Notes: generated by a model not told the origin, from the sequence alone. A stretch of DNA of 64,000 bases from Octopus sinensis (GCF_006345805.1 NC_043013.1:35650001-35714000), one strand, 5' to 3'; positions 1-13,572 are shown, counted from the first letter of the stretch. Numbers and translations: made by a program.

Positions 1-409
1 AGGGAGAAAGTCAATTACATCGACCCCAGTGCTTAACTGGTAGTTACTTTATCGACCCCTATCCCACCCCCATCCCCACAAAATGGATGAAAGTCAAAGC
101 TGACCCCATCAAATAGCTGCACTCATATCACCTCCTGATTCAGGCATCCCTTATCCACTCACGTTTCCACCTCTCATTATCCTTGTTAGGCTCAATTCCA
201 CTGAAATCCTACACTAATCACCACACCCACACATCCCTTCCTAACATGCCAACCATCCGGATTTCTTTCCCTTCTCATGTCTTTCCTGCAGGCGTTGACA
301 TGGAAAGATTCAAGAGGTACATTACTCAATCTCACCAATTTGGAAGAACGAGCAAAGAATATGGTCAGTACTCTTTCTGCCAGCGATGGTAGTAGTGGCG
401 ATAGTGGTG

Positions 410-482
410 GTAGTGATGACAGTTGAACCATCCTCCACCTCCTCCTCCTCCTCCTCATCATCATCATCATCATTGTCGTCAC

Positions 483-519
<37 letters not shown>

Positions 520-778
520 GTCATCCTCCGCCTCCTCCTCATCAACATCACTGTCATCATCGTCATCATCATCATCATTATCATTGCTGTCATCATCGTT
601 ATCCTCCTCCACCTCATTATCATCATCATCGTCATTATCATCGTCCTCCTCCTCCTCCTACTCATCATCATCATCATTATCCTACTCCTCATCCTTCTCA
701 TTATCATCATCATCATCATCCTCATCATTATCATAATCATTGCCGTCATCATCATCATTGCTGTCATCATCATCATCC

Positions 779-822
<44 letters not shown>

Positions 823-830
823 GCCATTTA
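410..830. repeat. (CAT)n/(CCT)n degenerate trinucleotide microsatellite
   Basis: Visible CAT/CCT runs; source of the poly-M, poly-H and poly-S ORFs. Confidence 0.95.
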
Positions 831-1061
831 GCATCCATTTTCCATGTTGGCATGTATGTACATATGTGTGTATGCTATGTATTTAAAATATCTCTGTCTC
901 AACAGCTAATTTCACATGTCACTTAATGATACGTGGTTGTATGTATGTGTGTATGGGATTTGTTTATATGTATATATGTGTATATATGTGTGTGTATGTG
1001 AGTTTGCATAGATATACTCATATGTACATATAACCATCTATATGCATATATATATATATGA

Positions 1062-1095
<34 letters not shown>

Positions 1096-1169
1096 ATGTA
1101 TATGCATATATATATATATATTTATATAGGGAGAATTCACAAAAAAATATATATATGTATGTATATACC

Positions 1170-1530
1170 AGAGCAAGCACATAAATGTGAAACAAGGTGG
1201 AAAAAACGAGAACTCAAATACCAGAGGTAGAGTAATATGCTTTATTTAAAAGCAGCAGAAATATAACAAAAGCTGTTACTCAGCTCTTTGATTTTTATAA
1301 TAGGATGAATTTATATTGTATTCATTTATTTTGTTTATTTTGTTTATCGCACGCTTAAGACCGTTAATTGAAAGGACCAATGAAACAAATCCATTTTTAA
1401 AGGTGTATCCTTTAACTAGTTTTGATCATATTGTTATTTCTGTTCTATTTTAACAAAACTGTCTGACGAACGGGAACGTGGAACTCTGAGTAACAGCTTT
1501 TGTTATATTTCTGCTGCTTTTAAATAAAGT
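1170..1530. mobile_element. Non-autonomous hammerhead-bearing element with a 44-bp inverted duplication (Penelope-derived, retrozyme-like)
   Basis: 1240-1283 is the exact reverse complement of 1486-1529; contains the hammerhead at 1459-1496 and AATAAA; (TA)n on both flanks. Confidence 0.7.
1459..1496 (+). ncRNA. Minimal type I hammerhead ribozyme motif (A13>G variant)
   Basis: Stem I CTGT/ACAG; core CTGACGA; stem II ACG-GGAA-CGT; GGAA in place of GAAA; near-palindromic stem III ACTCTGAGT; GUA cleavage triplet (after 1492). Confidence 0.7.
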
Positions 1531-1594
1531 ATGTATATATATATATATATACATACATACTCACACACACACATACACACATATACATACATAT

Positions 1595-1808
1595 AGTTAA
1601 TCCAAACAAGAAAGCACAAAAAAACACCACAATGCGAGGACGTGGAACGAATATAGTATTATTGGACGCTCAGGAAAGAAGGAAAGAAGGAGGATTTAAC
1701 GTTTCGAGCGGAGCTCTTCGTCGGAAACATAGGAGAAGGAAAGATCCAGAGAAGGGAAGACAGAGGAAAAAAAAATCGCCAATGGTACACACGCGGTCAC
1801 ATTTTGAA
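1595..1808 (-). mobile_element. Short hammerhead-bearing repeat, CCGACGA family (second copy at about 18715-18918)
   Basis: Shares TATGTTTCCGACGAAGAGCTCCGCTCGAAACGT and downstream TTCCTGAGCG...TTTGGATTAA with the 18.8-kb copy; TA/TG microsatellite flanks. Confidence 0.75.
1694..1728 (-). ncRNA. Minimal type I hammerhead motif (U4>C variant)
   Basis: Minus strand GTTT-CCGACGA-A-GAGC/TCC/GCTC-GAAA-CG-TT-AAAT; stem III palindrome ACGU. Confidence 0.65.
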
Positions 1809-1844
1809 TATATATATATATGTGTATACTAAATACACATATAG

Positions 1845-2240
1845 ATGCAGTTTGAGAGGGGCTGGCAAGCCAGAGGACAGCACCAAGTTCCACTATCTGC
1901 CTTGCCAGGATTTTTACAGATGGAGATGCCTTTCCTAATGCCAACCACTTTACAGAGTGGACTAGATTCTTTTCACATATCATTACCACCAACATCATTG
2001 ACATTTGACATCCATTTTCATGCTAGCATGGGTTGGAAAGCTTGCCAGGAACTGGCAAGACCAGGGACCACACCAGATCCCTTGGCCTGTTTTGGCTTGG
2101 TTTCTACAGCTGGATGCTCTTCCTAATGCTAACAACTTTACAGAGTGTACATGGATGCTTTTTACATGGCACCAGCACCAGTGCTTTTCATGTGGCACCG
2201 ACACGCACACCAATGTCTTTTATGTAGCATTTTGGTTTTA
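1845..2240 (-). mobile_element. Degenerate RTE LINE 3'-UTR fragments
   Basis: Homologous to 54400-54560 (CTGGATGCCCTTCCTAATGCCAACCAC, CATGCTAGCATGGGTTGGA). Confidence 0.75.
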
Positions 2241-2419
2241 GGATATCAATTTTGTAGTGGTGGGTGGGCAGCAAGGCTGTAAAGATACTGCCTCAATAAG
2301 TTTACATTCAGTCACAATACCATTATACCATCATGCCATCAAACTGTTATACCAACATATTCAGTGCCATAATACCATCACACCAACCTATTCTCGTAAC
2401 ATTATACCATTATACTTTC

Positions 2420-2925
2420 ACATCACAACACCATCAAACATTCATGTCACAATACCATCGAACATTCACATAGCAATGCCATCAAGCATTCACATCACAA
2501 TACCATCAAATATTCACATCTCAATACCATCAAACATTTACGTCACAATACCATCAAACATTCACATTGCAATTCCATCAAACATTCATATCACAATTCC
2601 ATCAAACATTCACATCACAATACCATCAAACATTCACATCTCAATATCATCAAACATTTACGTCACAATACCATCAAGCATTCACATTGCAATTCCATCA
2701 AACATTCATATCACAATTCCATCAAACATTCACATCACAATACCATCAAATATTCACATCTCAATGCCATCAAACATTTACATCACAATACCATCAAACA
2801 TTCACATTGCAATTCCATCAAACATTCATATCACAATTCCATCAAACATTCACATCACAATACCATCAAACATTCACATCGCAATACCATCAAACGTTCA
2901 CATCATTTACATCACAATATCATCA
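2420..2925. repeat. 24-bp minisatellite with a 120-bp (5x24) higher-order repeat
   Basis: Unit about ACCATCAAACATTCACATCACAAT; 2521-2640, 2641-2760 and 2761-2880 are near-identical 120-mers. Confidence 0.9.
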
Positions 2926-3700
2926 TGCTATCACATTACCATACCATCCCATCCACATAATCTGATGCTATTATATCACACACTCTCTTACCGTCATACC
3001 ATCACAACCATCACCACAATCAAAACCACAACTACCATAAACACCACCACCATCACAACAACAACCAACACTACAACCGCCACCATCACTATCACTACTA
3101 CCACCATCACTACTACCACAATCATCATCACTACCACCATCACTACTACAACCACCACCACTATCAATACTGCCACCATTACCTCCAGAAACAGTACCAC
3201 TGCCACCACCATCACATTGTCAATGGCATTATTAATGCTACCAACACCAAGAAGCAATAAAGGCTATGATCATCACCACCATCAGCATTATCATCTTAGC
3301 AATATACCATCAACAACCATTATCAGTGCAACCAGCCCCAGCTACCAACCCCACCACGACCATGGCCACTACTACCAATGCCAATGCCATCATACCATCA
3401 AGGCCATTATCACCGCTACTACCAGCATTATCATGTTACGAACATACCATTAATGATCATTATTAGCCATTGCTAACAGTCCCACACCACCAGTGCAACA
3501 ATCATCAATACCATCACCGTCAATGCCATCGTGCCATCAAGGCCGTTATCACAACCACGTCAAACTAAACACACCATCAATGACTGCTATCACTACTAGC
3601 AGATCCCCTCCACCAACTCAACCACCACCACCACCAACACCAACGCCAGAGCTAACACCCTCCCTCCTCATACTCTTTACACATCACCAACCAAGTAATC
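2925..3700. repeat. Degenerate (CAC/CAT/CAA)n low-complexity region
   Basis: Trinucleotide-rich; translates as Thr/Ile/His runs. Confidence 0.85.
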
Positions 3701-4087
3701 AATGTTTCTAAACTTTGACCCCCTCCTGAGGAACATAACCCATAGCCTGCAGTCTGTCTGTAAAGCTCAACATGAGGTCAAAATTTAGTGAAATTTTTTC
3801 TATGAATACTTCAGATTTGATGTACAGACTGTCAAATCAAATGGGGTTTTACATAGAGAATAGGTGGCGGGGGATATGAGGGGTGTGGAGGGGAAGGCGG
3901 AGAGTTCTTAGAAGATTTCGGTTTGCCTAACTTTTTATCTTTGTTATTTAAATTAAAATTTTATTTTTCGTATTATTATCTTGTTTTTGGCTTCATTATT
4001 TTTGTTGATCTGTATGCTGTGTGTATATGTATATATAAGTGTGTGAGCGTTTGTGTGTGAGTGTGCGAGCATGCGTGTGTGTGTGTG

Positions 4088-4126
<39 letters not shown>

Positions 4127-4622
4127 TATACATATATACATATACGTATATATATACATGTATATGTCTATACACATATATGTGTATATATATATATATA
4201 TAGGCACACACATATATATATATACATGTATATGTATATACACATATACATACATATAAACATATATAAATATACATATACATGCATATATACAAGTATA
4301 CACGCACACACATACTCACACACACACACTCACACACCTATATATCTATGTATATATATTCATACATATACATATGCATACATACAGGCGCACAGAAACA
4401 TAAATGCACACATACACACATACATTCATATGTATGCACGTACATATATACATTCATATATACAAACATACATGTATACATACATACATGCATAGAGATA
4501 TATATATAGAGAGAGAGGGATGAGGGAGTAAGAGGGATGGAGGGAGAGAGAGGGAAGGGGAGAGAGAGAGGTTTACATATATATGTATATATATATATAT
4601 ATATTATTTATTATATAGAAGG

Positions 4623-4674
4623 AGCTTCTACAGGAACTAGAACTGTTTCATTCAAGAGAAATCTTCAGGAAGCT
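4623..4674 (-). ncRNA. Type I hammerhead ribozyme motif (left arm)
   Basis: Minus strand AGCTTC-CTGAAGA-T-TTC/TCTT/GAA-T-GAAA-CAG/9-nt loop/CTG-TA-GAAGCT. Confidence 0.75.
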
Positions 4675-4806
4675 AGTTAACAAGAATTGTATTGGCATTT
4701 ATACATTTAGGCAGGTTAAAGGGGTGTTGTGGGGGACTTTTTGGGGGTAGGCATACCCCTTTAAACCTGCCTAAATGTATAAATGCCAATACAATTCTTG
4801 TTAACT

Positions 4807-4856
4807 AGCTTCCTGAAGATTTCTCTTGAAGAAACAGTTCTAGTCCTGTAGAAGCT
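4807..4856 (+). ncRNA. Type I hammerhead ribozyme motif (right arm)
   Basis: Stem I AGCTTC/GAAGCT (6 bp); CTGAAGA; short stem II; GAAA; stem III ACAG/CTGT; GUA site after 4850. Confidence 0.8.
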
Positions 4857-5043
4857 CCTTTATAATAAATAATTTTACTCTGCTATGTATTGAGTACCTT
4901 ATTTACTGTGGTTAACCCCGAATCAACCCGGGACCTACATATATATATAATATATATATATATATATGTATATATATGTATATATATATACATATATATA
5001 TATATACATATATATAATATATATATATAATATATATATATAT

Positions 5044-5087
<44 letters not shown>

Positions 5088-6565
5088 TCCTTTTTGCTTT
5101 TGTGTTTGTAGAAATTCCTTATATATATATGTGTGTATATGTATATATTTTATTCATGAATTTGTACCAAAACTAAATGGGAAAAAAAAGAATAAAATTT
5201 ATACAAAAACTAAGATTCTTACAGGAATGCCTGTTTGGTAAAAGTTAACCGGACTCTTTTCTTATTCTTTGGATGGAAGCAACAAAGCTTAGCTATGGCC
5301 GTTGTTGTGTCACAGGAACGGTCATTAGCAAGCATGAGTATTGAACCATTCTACTCTATTAACCTTTATACGATAATTTGACCGATGTAGTGGCCTGTCA
5401 TTTCATTTCTTTGTGTGACAGAAAGAAGGAAGAGCAGGAGTTTCTTTTTCCCCTCTAAGACTGCGTGTGTGCATGTGTGTGTGTGTTTGTAAGGGTGTGT
5501 GTGTATGTGTGTATGTGTGTTTATGCATATGTATATATATATAGATGTAGGTATATATGTATGTATCAATAGATTTATAACTTTATACAGGTATGTTTCT
5601 TTGTATATGCATATATGTATATGTATATATACATATGTAGATATATATAATATAATATATATATAATATATATGCATATATACATATATATACATATATA
5701 TATACACACATATATATATATATACATATGTATATATATATACACACACACACATATATATATATATAAATATTCACAGATATTCATATATAAATAAACA
5801 TGCATATATGAATATATATGTGTGCGTGTCTGTGTGCATATGCATGTATATGCATATGTATGTTCATATGTATACAAATGCATATGTGTGTGTGTGTATA
5901 TATATATTATATATATATATATATATACATACACACATATATATGTATATGTATGTGTAGATATATATATGCATACACACACACATACACACACATAATC
6001 ATACATACACACACACACATTACATACACACATATATATGTATATGTATGTGTAGATATATATATGTATATACACACACATACACACACACATAATCATA
6101 TACACACACACATACACACTCACAGATATATATACTTTATCTATTGAAGATTTCGGTGTTTTGTTTATTTTTAGAGAATTTTAAATAATAACACGTACCA
6201 TTATTTTTGTATCTTTTTCGAAACGGTTCTGTATTTTTTGGCATCAATAGTCTTTGTCTTCAAAAGGCTAAAACTCTCCTTGAGTGAGATTCTGACTGTC
6301 AACCCAAACACCTACTGCCAACCTCCCATTCCTATGTATTATTTTTTTTTTTTGTTTCCACATTTGGAAATCTTCATTAAAGAGCTTGATTTCGTTCTTC
6401 TTTTTTACTTTTTTTTTATACACCAATTCTGTAGATCTTTCATCCATTTCTTCTGTATTTATTTATTCATTTCTGGTTTCTTGTTCTTCCCCTACATCCC
6501 CTCTGTGCTGCCATTTTCTCTTTGCTTTATCTAAAACATGGCTGTGTTGTTAACAAGCTTGCTAA

Positions 6566-6785
6566 TGTGCATGGCTCAGTGGTTAGAGAGTCGGGCTCAC
6601 AATCATGAGGTAGTGAGTTCAATTCTCAGACCGAGTTGTATGTTGCGTTCTTGAGCAAGACACTTTATTTCACATCACTCCAGTTTATTCAGCTGTAGAA
6701 ATGAGATGCAACATCAATGGTGCCAAGCTGTTTCAGCCTTTGCCTTTCCCTTGGACAACATCAGTGGCATAGAGACAGGAGGCTG
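6566..6785 (+). mobile_element. tRNA-headed SINE with a CORE-like central segment
   Basis: A-box TGGCTCAGTGG, B-box-like GAGTTCAATTC; TTGAGCAAGACACTTTATTTCAC segment similar to 25905-26160 and 46877-47103. Confidence 0.65.
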
Positions 6786-6804
6786 GTCTTCCTTAAACAG
6801 CCTT

Positions 6805-6990
6805 TTCTACTCTAGGCACAAGGCCTGAAATTTTGTGGGAGTGGCCAGTCGATTAGATCAACCCCAGTCCGAAAGGATGAAAGTCAAAGTCGACCTCGGC
6901 AGAATTTGAATTCAGAACGTAAAGATGGACGAAATACCATGAGCATTTTGCCTGACATGCTTAACATTTCTGCCAGCTCACCGCCTTTAA
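6805..6990 (-). mobile_element. SINE family B copy
   Basis: GGATGAAAGTCAAAGTCGACCTCGGCAGAATTTGAATTCAGAACG motif shared with many copies in the window. Confidence 0.85.
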
Positions 6991-7919
6991 CAACCATAAA
7001 CAACCTTGCCCAGACTTGTACCTCAGAGGGTAAGGTGCAATCCCATGGTCATTCATGACCGATGGAGAGATTCTTTTTTTTTTTTATGCAATTATATGAC
7101 TTCAGTTTGTGATTAATGGCCTTGCAGCTGAAAAGCAAGGTCAACCTTGGTGGAATGTGATCTCAGAATGTAAAGATGACTAAAATACTTTTAACACTGC
7201 CTTATGATGGAGAAACATCGATTTCAAATTATTTGATTGCAATTATATGACTGATATTATTTCCGGTTCAGTACCTAATGAAAGTTTCTTCTTCTTCTAT
7301 AGCACTTGGTTCATCAATAGCTTGTAAACGAATTTGGTACATGGAAACTGTGAGGAAGCCTACTGCATGTAGGCATGTATGTATGTGTGTGTGTGTGTGC
7401 ATGTATCAGTATATCTATGTTTGTGTCTTTGTATATCAGTGTTTATATAAATATGTAATTCACCATCACTTGATAACCAGTGTTGGTTTGTTTACATCCT
7501 CATAACTTAACACTTTGGCTCCCAAGTATGGTACAGTAAGTACCAGATTTAAAAGTTAGGTACTGGGATCGATTTGATCAACTAAACTTTAGAAGTTAGT
7601 GCCCCAAAATGGCCACACTCCAATGACTAAACAAGATAGAAGATAAAAGATTATATTATGACACTACAAATAGGAAAATTGCTGCTGCTGCTGCAGCTGT
7701 TATTTAACCCTTGGTCAACCATCGTCCTGAAGACGATGATGATGATGACGACAGTGATGATGTTGATGGTGATGATGATGATGATGACAGTGATGATGTT
7801 GATGGTGATGATGATGATGATGGTGATAATTTTTTATTTGTTATTAGGTTTATAACTTTTAGAGATAAAATGTTGTTCTTGTCATTGTTAAGGAAACCTG
7901 TGATTAATGGGCTTGCAGA

Positions 7920-8575
7920 TGAAAAGCAGGGTTGACCTCAGCAGAATTTGAACTCAGAATGTAAAGATGTACAAAATGCTTCTAATGAATCTTTTCTACT
8001 GGAAGCACCAAGGCCTCAAACTTGAGGGAATGGATTAAATTGATCATATCGACCCCAGTGCGTAACTGTTACTTATTTAAATGATCCCAAAAGGATGAAG
8101 GGCAAAGTCAACCTCAGTGGAATTTGAACTCAGAATGTAATGACAGGTGAAATACTGCTAAGTATTTTGTCCAGCATGCTAACGATTCTGTCAGCTCATT
8201 GCCTTATGACGGTGAAACATTGACTTTGAATTTTGACACAAATGTTCAACTGATATTTATTTCATTAACCCTGGAAGGATGAAAGGCAAAGTCAATCTTG
8301 GTGGAATTTGAACAGATGGACAAAATGTCATTGAGAATTTTTCCCAGTGTGCTAGCGATTCTGTCAGCTCACTTCCAGCCTTATGATGAGGCCTCAAATT
8401 CAGAGGAAGGACATAGTGGTTATATCAATTCCAGTATTTCTCCTTTATTGAATCTGGTAGAATGAAAGGTAAAGCTGACCTCAATGAAATTTGAACTCAG
8501 AATATAAAGACCCATGTCTAAATTCCACAAGAGATTTTTTTTCTCTGACACGCTAATGATTCTGTCAATCCACTG
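7920..8575 (-). mobile_element. Tandem cluster of about 4-5 SINE family B copies
   Basis: Repeated GAATTTGAACTCAGAATG and GGATGAAAGGCAAAGTC blocks. Confidence 0.85.
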
Positions 8576-9479
8576 CTATTTTTAACTTTAGATATTGAAG
8601 TTTCTAGAAGATTCTCATCAAAGAAGAGTTACCAAAGCCAATAAAATAAGGAAAAAAATGGTATGAAATATAAAATCAATATATAAAATTTAGACAAATT
8701 TTCCAAGACATGAAAGTTTAAAAAATATAGACAAGAATGATTTTTAAAAAAGCGTTTATCTTATCTTTAATTTTCAGAGTAAAATTTTATTTTAGAAGAA
8801 TTTGTAAACAAATGGACAAGAAAAAAACCATTCTACAGTATCATTGTCTTGCAGCAATCTATCTTAGATTTTCAAACTTCTTTGGACAGTAACAACAGCA
8901 GTAGAAACAATGAACCAAAGAGTGAGGCTGCAGACAATAGTTTGACCTGCTTGAAATAGCAGCCAAATCTCACATTCAAATCATACACTACCGTCTTATA
9001 AAAAAGAACATGCTGAGTAATTTAGGACTAGATAGACTGTCTGAAGAAATTGCAGTAATACAGATTACCAGTATAGAATGGACATCTGGTCATATAATCA
9101 CCAGCCAGATGGCCAAGGCTGGAATGTTTTTGATCATGGGTTTGCTTGATCAGGGCTCATTAAGAGCTACTTGGCAATGTTAATCTTACTGACGAAGTTA
9201 ATAACAAGTATAGGTTAGATTCAGAGAGATCTGCTGAGGAGAAAGATCAAACCAACTATAATTAAATTTTTGTGTACTTCTGAAAATAACATTTACTCAC
9301 ATAGGGGACTACATCCAGAAACAGTCACCTCACGACTTGGAGTTCAACTATTAATGGACATACTCCAGCCTCTGGTACACAGGTATGCTGTCTCTTCTCT
9401 CTGCTATACTGGCCTCTATTCCTCAGATCTTGCTGGCTCCAGCCTGTTGATATCCAGAAAAGGACCACCACACATGGCA

Positions 9480-11035
9480 TAGATGGAGCAAGCAAATTAA
9501 TGCTGTGGTCATGGAGTGTTACTCCCTGAGCAGCCTGGAAGATGAAAATGGTGCTCAAATTAGGAGTTACTGACAATGTATGTATGATCATTCAAGAGAA
9601 AAGGGATTGTTTTGGCTCACGGAACAGAGACTATGTGATCAAGCTAGAGTAATAAGAAAAAATTGTTGGTTCACAGAAGTAGAGCTCAAAGCTATCAAAA
9701 GACAGGTAGCAACATAGATAACAATGAAAACATGGTTCTTACTAATAAGTGTAATCTTATAGTACAGGAAAGGAGCAGTGGTAGTTTACTTGATGAGAGA
9801 TATATAGATATATAGATGATCTAAAAGAAGATGATAAAACTAATAGCAATATGACAGATGAACAAAAGGCAATCTACGACAGAATAAAGGTAAGACCACA
9901 GGAGAATGATAGCGACATTATTTGCAACCTTAAAAAGGTTGAGTGATGGAAATTGAACCAAGAAACGAAAAACGTCAATAAAATTCTGAAATACTTCAGA
10001 ACAAACAACATCACAGAAACAAATAATTTGATCAAGGCAACAAGAATTGTTGTAGCAGAAAACATGGCTGTTGATGTCAAGTATAAGAAACATAATGGAA
10101 GTGACAAAAGAAAAGATCCATGGTGGAAAAGAAGAATCCAGACAGGGTTAGACATGCTCTTGAAGGAAATCTATGTGCTGGACCGAAAAAAAAAGGGGAG
10201 CTTAAAAGCCCCCCCAAAAAATAAAAAAATAAATGCAGGGCACTGGAAAGGAAGTGTAATATTGAAAGAGAGGCCTGAAAGTAGTAATGGAGGAACTGAA
10301 ACAGTGCCTCATTGCAATGAAAGCAAAGATACGACCAAAGAATGAGGGGTTAACACCAGAATAGGTTAGTCAGAGTAGATCAGAAGAGATTCTATAAAGA
10401 AAGAAATGGAGAGTGTACAGATGAAAAGTTGATACCAGATAACATTGAAAGTCAAAGGTTTTGGAGTGACAACTGGAGCAAAGACAAGGAGCACAAGAAA
10501 GATGCAGAATGGTTGCAAGAACTGAAACAAACAGTAGTCTGTCCAAAACAAGCAGAACTAGTCATTTCAGTTTGGGAAGTGAAGGAAATCAGCAAAAAAA
10601 TGAGCAACAGGAAGGCCCCAGGTCTAGATGGATCAAAAGATTTAGTGAATGTCATGTACGAATAGCTGCGCAACTCAACACCTTGTTAAATGCTGACCAA
10701 ATAACACCAGAGTGGTTGACATTGGGTAGGACAGTGCTGTGCCTGAAAAACATTGAAAAAAGCAATACGGTAGACAATTACAGGCCGATATCCTGTCTGC
10801 CACTTATGTGGAAGTTATTGACTGAAATACTCGCAGAGTCGATGTACAAACATCTGGAAAAAAATGGAGTCCTGCCACATGAGCACAAGGGTTGCAAGTG
10901 CAAGTGCAGAGGTACCGAGGATCAACTCATGATAGACAAAACTGTACTCAGAAATTGCAAGTGGAAGAAAAGTTACTTAGCCATGTCATGGATCAACAAT
11001 CGTAAGGCATATGATATGATCACATTCTTGGATTA
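9480..11035 (+). pseudogene. Degenerate R4/Dong-clade non-LTR retrotransposon ORF (N-terminus and first half of the RT)
   Basis: WSKQINAVVMECY; EQRLCDQARVIRKN; DPWWKRRIQ; [11 protein letters not shown]; [16 protein letters not shown]; [10 protein letters not shown]; [13 protein letters not shown]; multiple stops and frameshifts. Confidence 0.85.
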
Positions 11036-11574
11036 TGGAGTGTATGAACCTATGGCTCTCATGGCTTCTGATCTTAACTGATAGGAAGTATTATCATATA
11101 CATTGTTTTGTCTTGGTATTAAAGATGGGCTACAGCAAATATTCTGTTCACTGCCACAGATTTGCTTGTCAGCTGTTTAACCATAACCAGTTGAGCATGT
11201 CCCTTGTTGGCTGATGATATGTGAATCTCTGATCACAAGTAGAAGGTGTGGGGGAGCATCATAGCAAGATGAGAGGGGTTCTTTGGCATTTGAATAATTC
11301 ACCTTTGGAAACATGGGTGTTTTGTTCATCATCCTTAAACAAGCCTTATTCAGGGACCTTTTGAGTGGGATGGACTACTCAACTATTCAACTGGGCCCCA
11401 CCTGCAAGGTCATGTGCTGTTTATCTTGATATGGGATCACTATGTTGCACACATATGGCTGTGAGGCATGTGCATAGTGTATCCTTATCAGACAGGTAGT
11501 CATGAAGGGTATGTATAGGGCTTCATATATTTGTACCCCAATGTCACTTTGATGGCATGCATTGCTCTCTCACT

Positions 11575-12090
11575 CAATAATAATAATAATAATAACAACA
11601 ATAATGATAATAATAATTATTATAATAATGATAATTATAATAAATAATAAGTGGCGTGGGAATAAGGTGGAGGGGAGGAGGGGAGGATTAAGCAGAGGAG
11701 GAAGGAGGAGGAGGATGGGGAGGATTAAGCAGAGGAGGAAGGAGGAGGATGGGGAGGAAGAGGAGGAGGGGTGGAAGAGGTGGAGGGGAGGAAGAGGCAG
11801 TGGGTAGAAGAGGAGGGGGAAGAAGAGGCAGGGTCAGAAGAGGAGGAGGGGAGGAAGACGCAGGGGCAGAAGAGGAGGGGGAGGAAGAAGTGGAGGGGAG
11901 GAGGAAGAAGTAGAGGAGGAGGAGGAAGAAGTAGAAGAGGAGGAGGAAGTAGAGGAGGAGGGAAGGAAGAAGAGGAGGAAGAAGAGGTGGAAGAAGTAGA
12001 AGAAGAAGAGGAGGAAGAAGGGGAGGAAAAAGATGAGGAAGAAGAAGAAGAAGAGGAGGAAGAGGTGGAAGAAGAGGAGGAGGGAGGATG
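11575..12090. repeat. (AAT)n followed by a (GAG/GAA)n purine-rich microsatellite
   Basis: Direct inspection. Confidence 0.95.
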
Positions 12091-12979
12091 ATTTAGACAC
12101 AGAGCCAGCAAATTTGAGAGGTGGGGATTAATTGGTACTCTCTCTCTCTCTCTGTGCCCCAGTACTTGATTGTTAAGTTTATGTCAGCGCTAAGCAACGC
12201 TGACCTCAGCAGGATATGAACTCAGAATCTAAGCAACTGGAACAAAGGAAGCAAATACCACAAGGCATTATTTATTCTTGTCAGATGCTCTAAGTGATTC
12301 TTCCAATCCATTGCTGAATTGTTTTGAAACGCATATCAAAGAATAACCAAATGATGCTGAGACAAAGAGAATAAAGAACCAGGGAGGAGAAAACAAAACA
12401 AGTAACAACAAAACATCTTGTATTTTTATTTAATTATTTATGCTTTCATTTTTATATATTTTTTCTTTCTTGTTATTTCTTTTCGTTTTTCAAATTTGTT
12501 TTAATATTCATTTTATAATTTTATTTGATTTTTCATTTATTTATTCATATTTATTTTTTTGTGTGAATTTTACTGGACGCATCTTTTTTTTGTTTTTATT
12601 TTTTAAGATTTTTATACAATTTTTTTTCTGTTATAATTTTTATTTGAATTTTTCTTGTTAATATTTTCTTTTTTTATGAAACTTTATTATTTTTCGATGA
12701 ATTTGTTTTCATTGTTTCTCATTCCAAAGAATTTTTACAATTTTTTTACAGATGACTTTCATGAATTTTTTTCTGATCTTTTGTGACTTTTTGCGATATT
12801 ATAAAATATTTTTTGAGTATTTTTTCTTGTGAAATTTTGCTAATATTTTGTAATATTTTAAATGATACTTTTTTTCTTCTACATTTTCAAGGGAAGGGGA
12901 ATTTTTCAATAATGATTTTTGATTTGGGGTAGGGTGATTTAAAAATCATGTAACTTCTTGTGCTTTCATTCAATGATTA

Positions 12980-13062
<83 letters not shown>

Positions 13063-13204
13063 ATTATTATCGTTATTATTACTATTATTATTATTTATGG
13101 TATTATCATCTTTTCTTCAAATCATCTATATTTAATACTTTTGCTTACTATTAATTCGATTTTTGCTACATGTGTATGATCCTATACATGTGCATAGATA
13201 TATA

Positions 13205-13440
13205 TGATCATCATCATTATCATCGTTTAATGTCCACTTTCCATGCTGGCATGAGTTGGACGGTTTTGACTGAGGACTTGCAAGCCAGTAGGCTGCACCA
13301 GACTCCAATCTTGTCTCACAAGGTTTCCACAGCTGGATGCCCTTCCTAACACCAACCACTCCAAGAGTGTAGTGGGTGCTTTTTATAACCCACTGGCATG
13401 TGAGCCAGTCAGGCAGCACTGGCATCAACCAGTGGTACAT
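13205..13440 (-). mobile_element. RTE LINE 3'-UTR fragment with (GAT)n tail
   Basis: Reverse complement of the terminal part of the 50984-54577 LINE. Confidence 0.8.
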
Positions 13441-13506
13441 AGATTGATTGATAGATAGATAGATAAATACATACATACATACATACATACATACATACAC
13501 TCATGA

Positions 13507-13572
<66 letters not shown>

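Larger units (their letters stand above)
4603..4940. mobile_element. Foldback element: about 120-bp near-perfect inverted arms, each containing a hammerhead
   Basis: 4603-4727 is the reverse complement of 4753-4873 (differences are essentially small indels); about 25-nt G-rich spacer; (TA)n flanks. Confidence 0.85.

Noticed and set aside
4721-4752. G-quadruplex in the palindrome spacer
   Set aside because: Only three long G tracts, and one is sequestered in the arm pairing.
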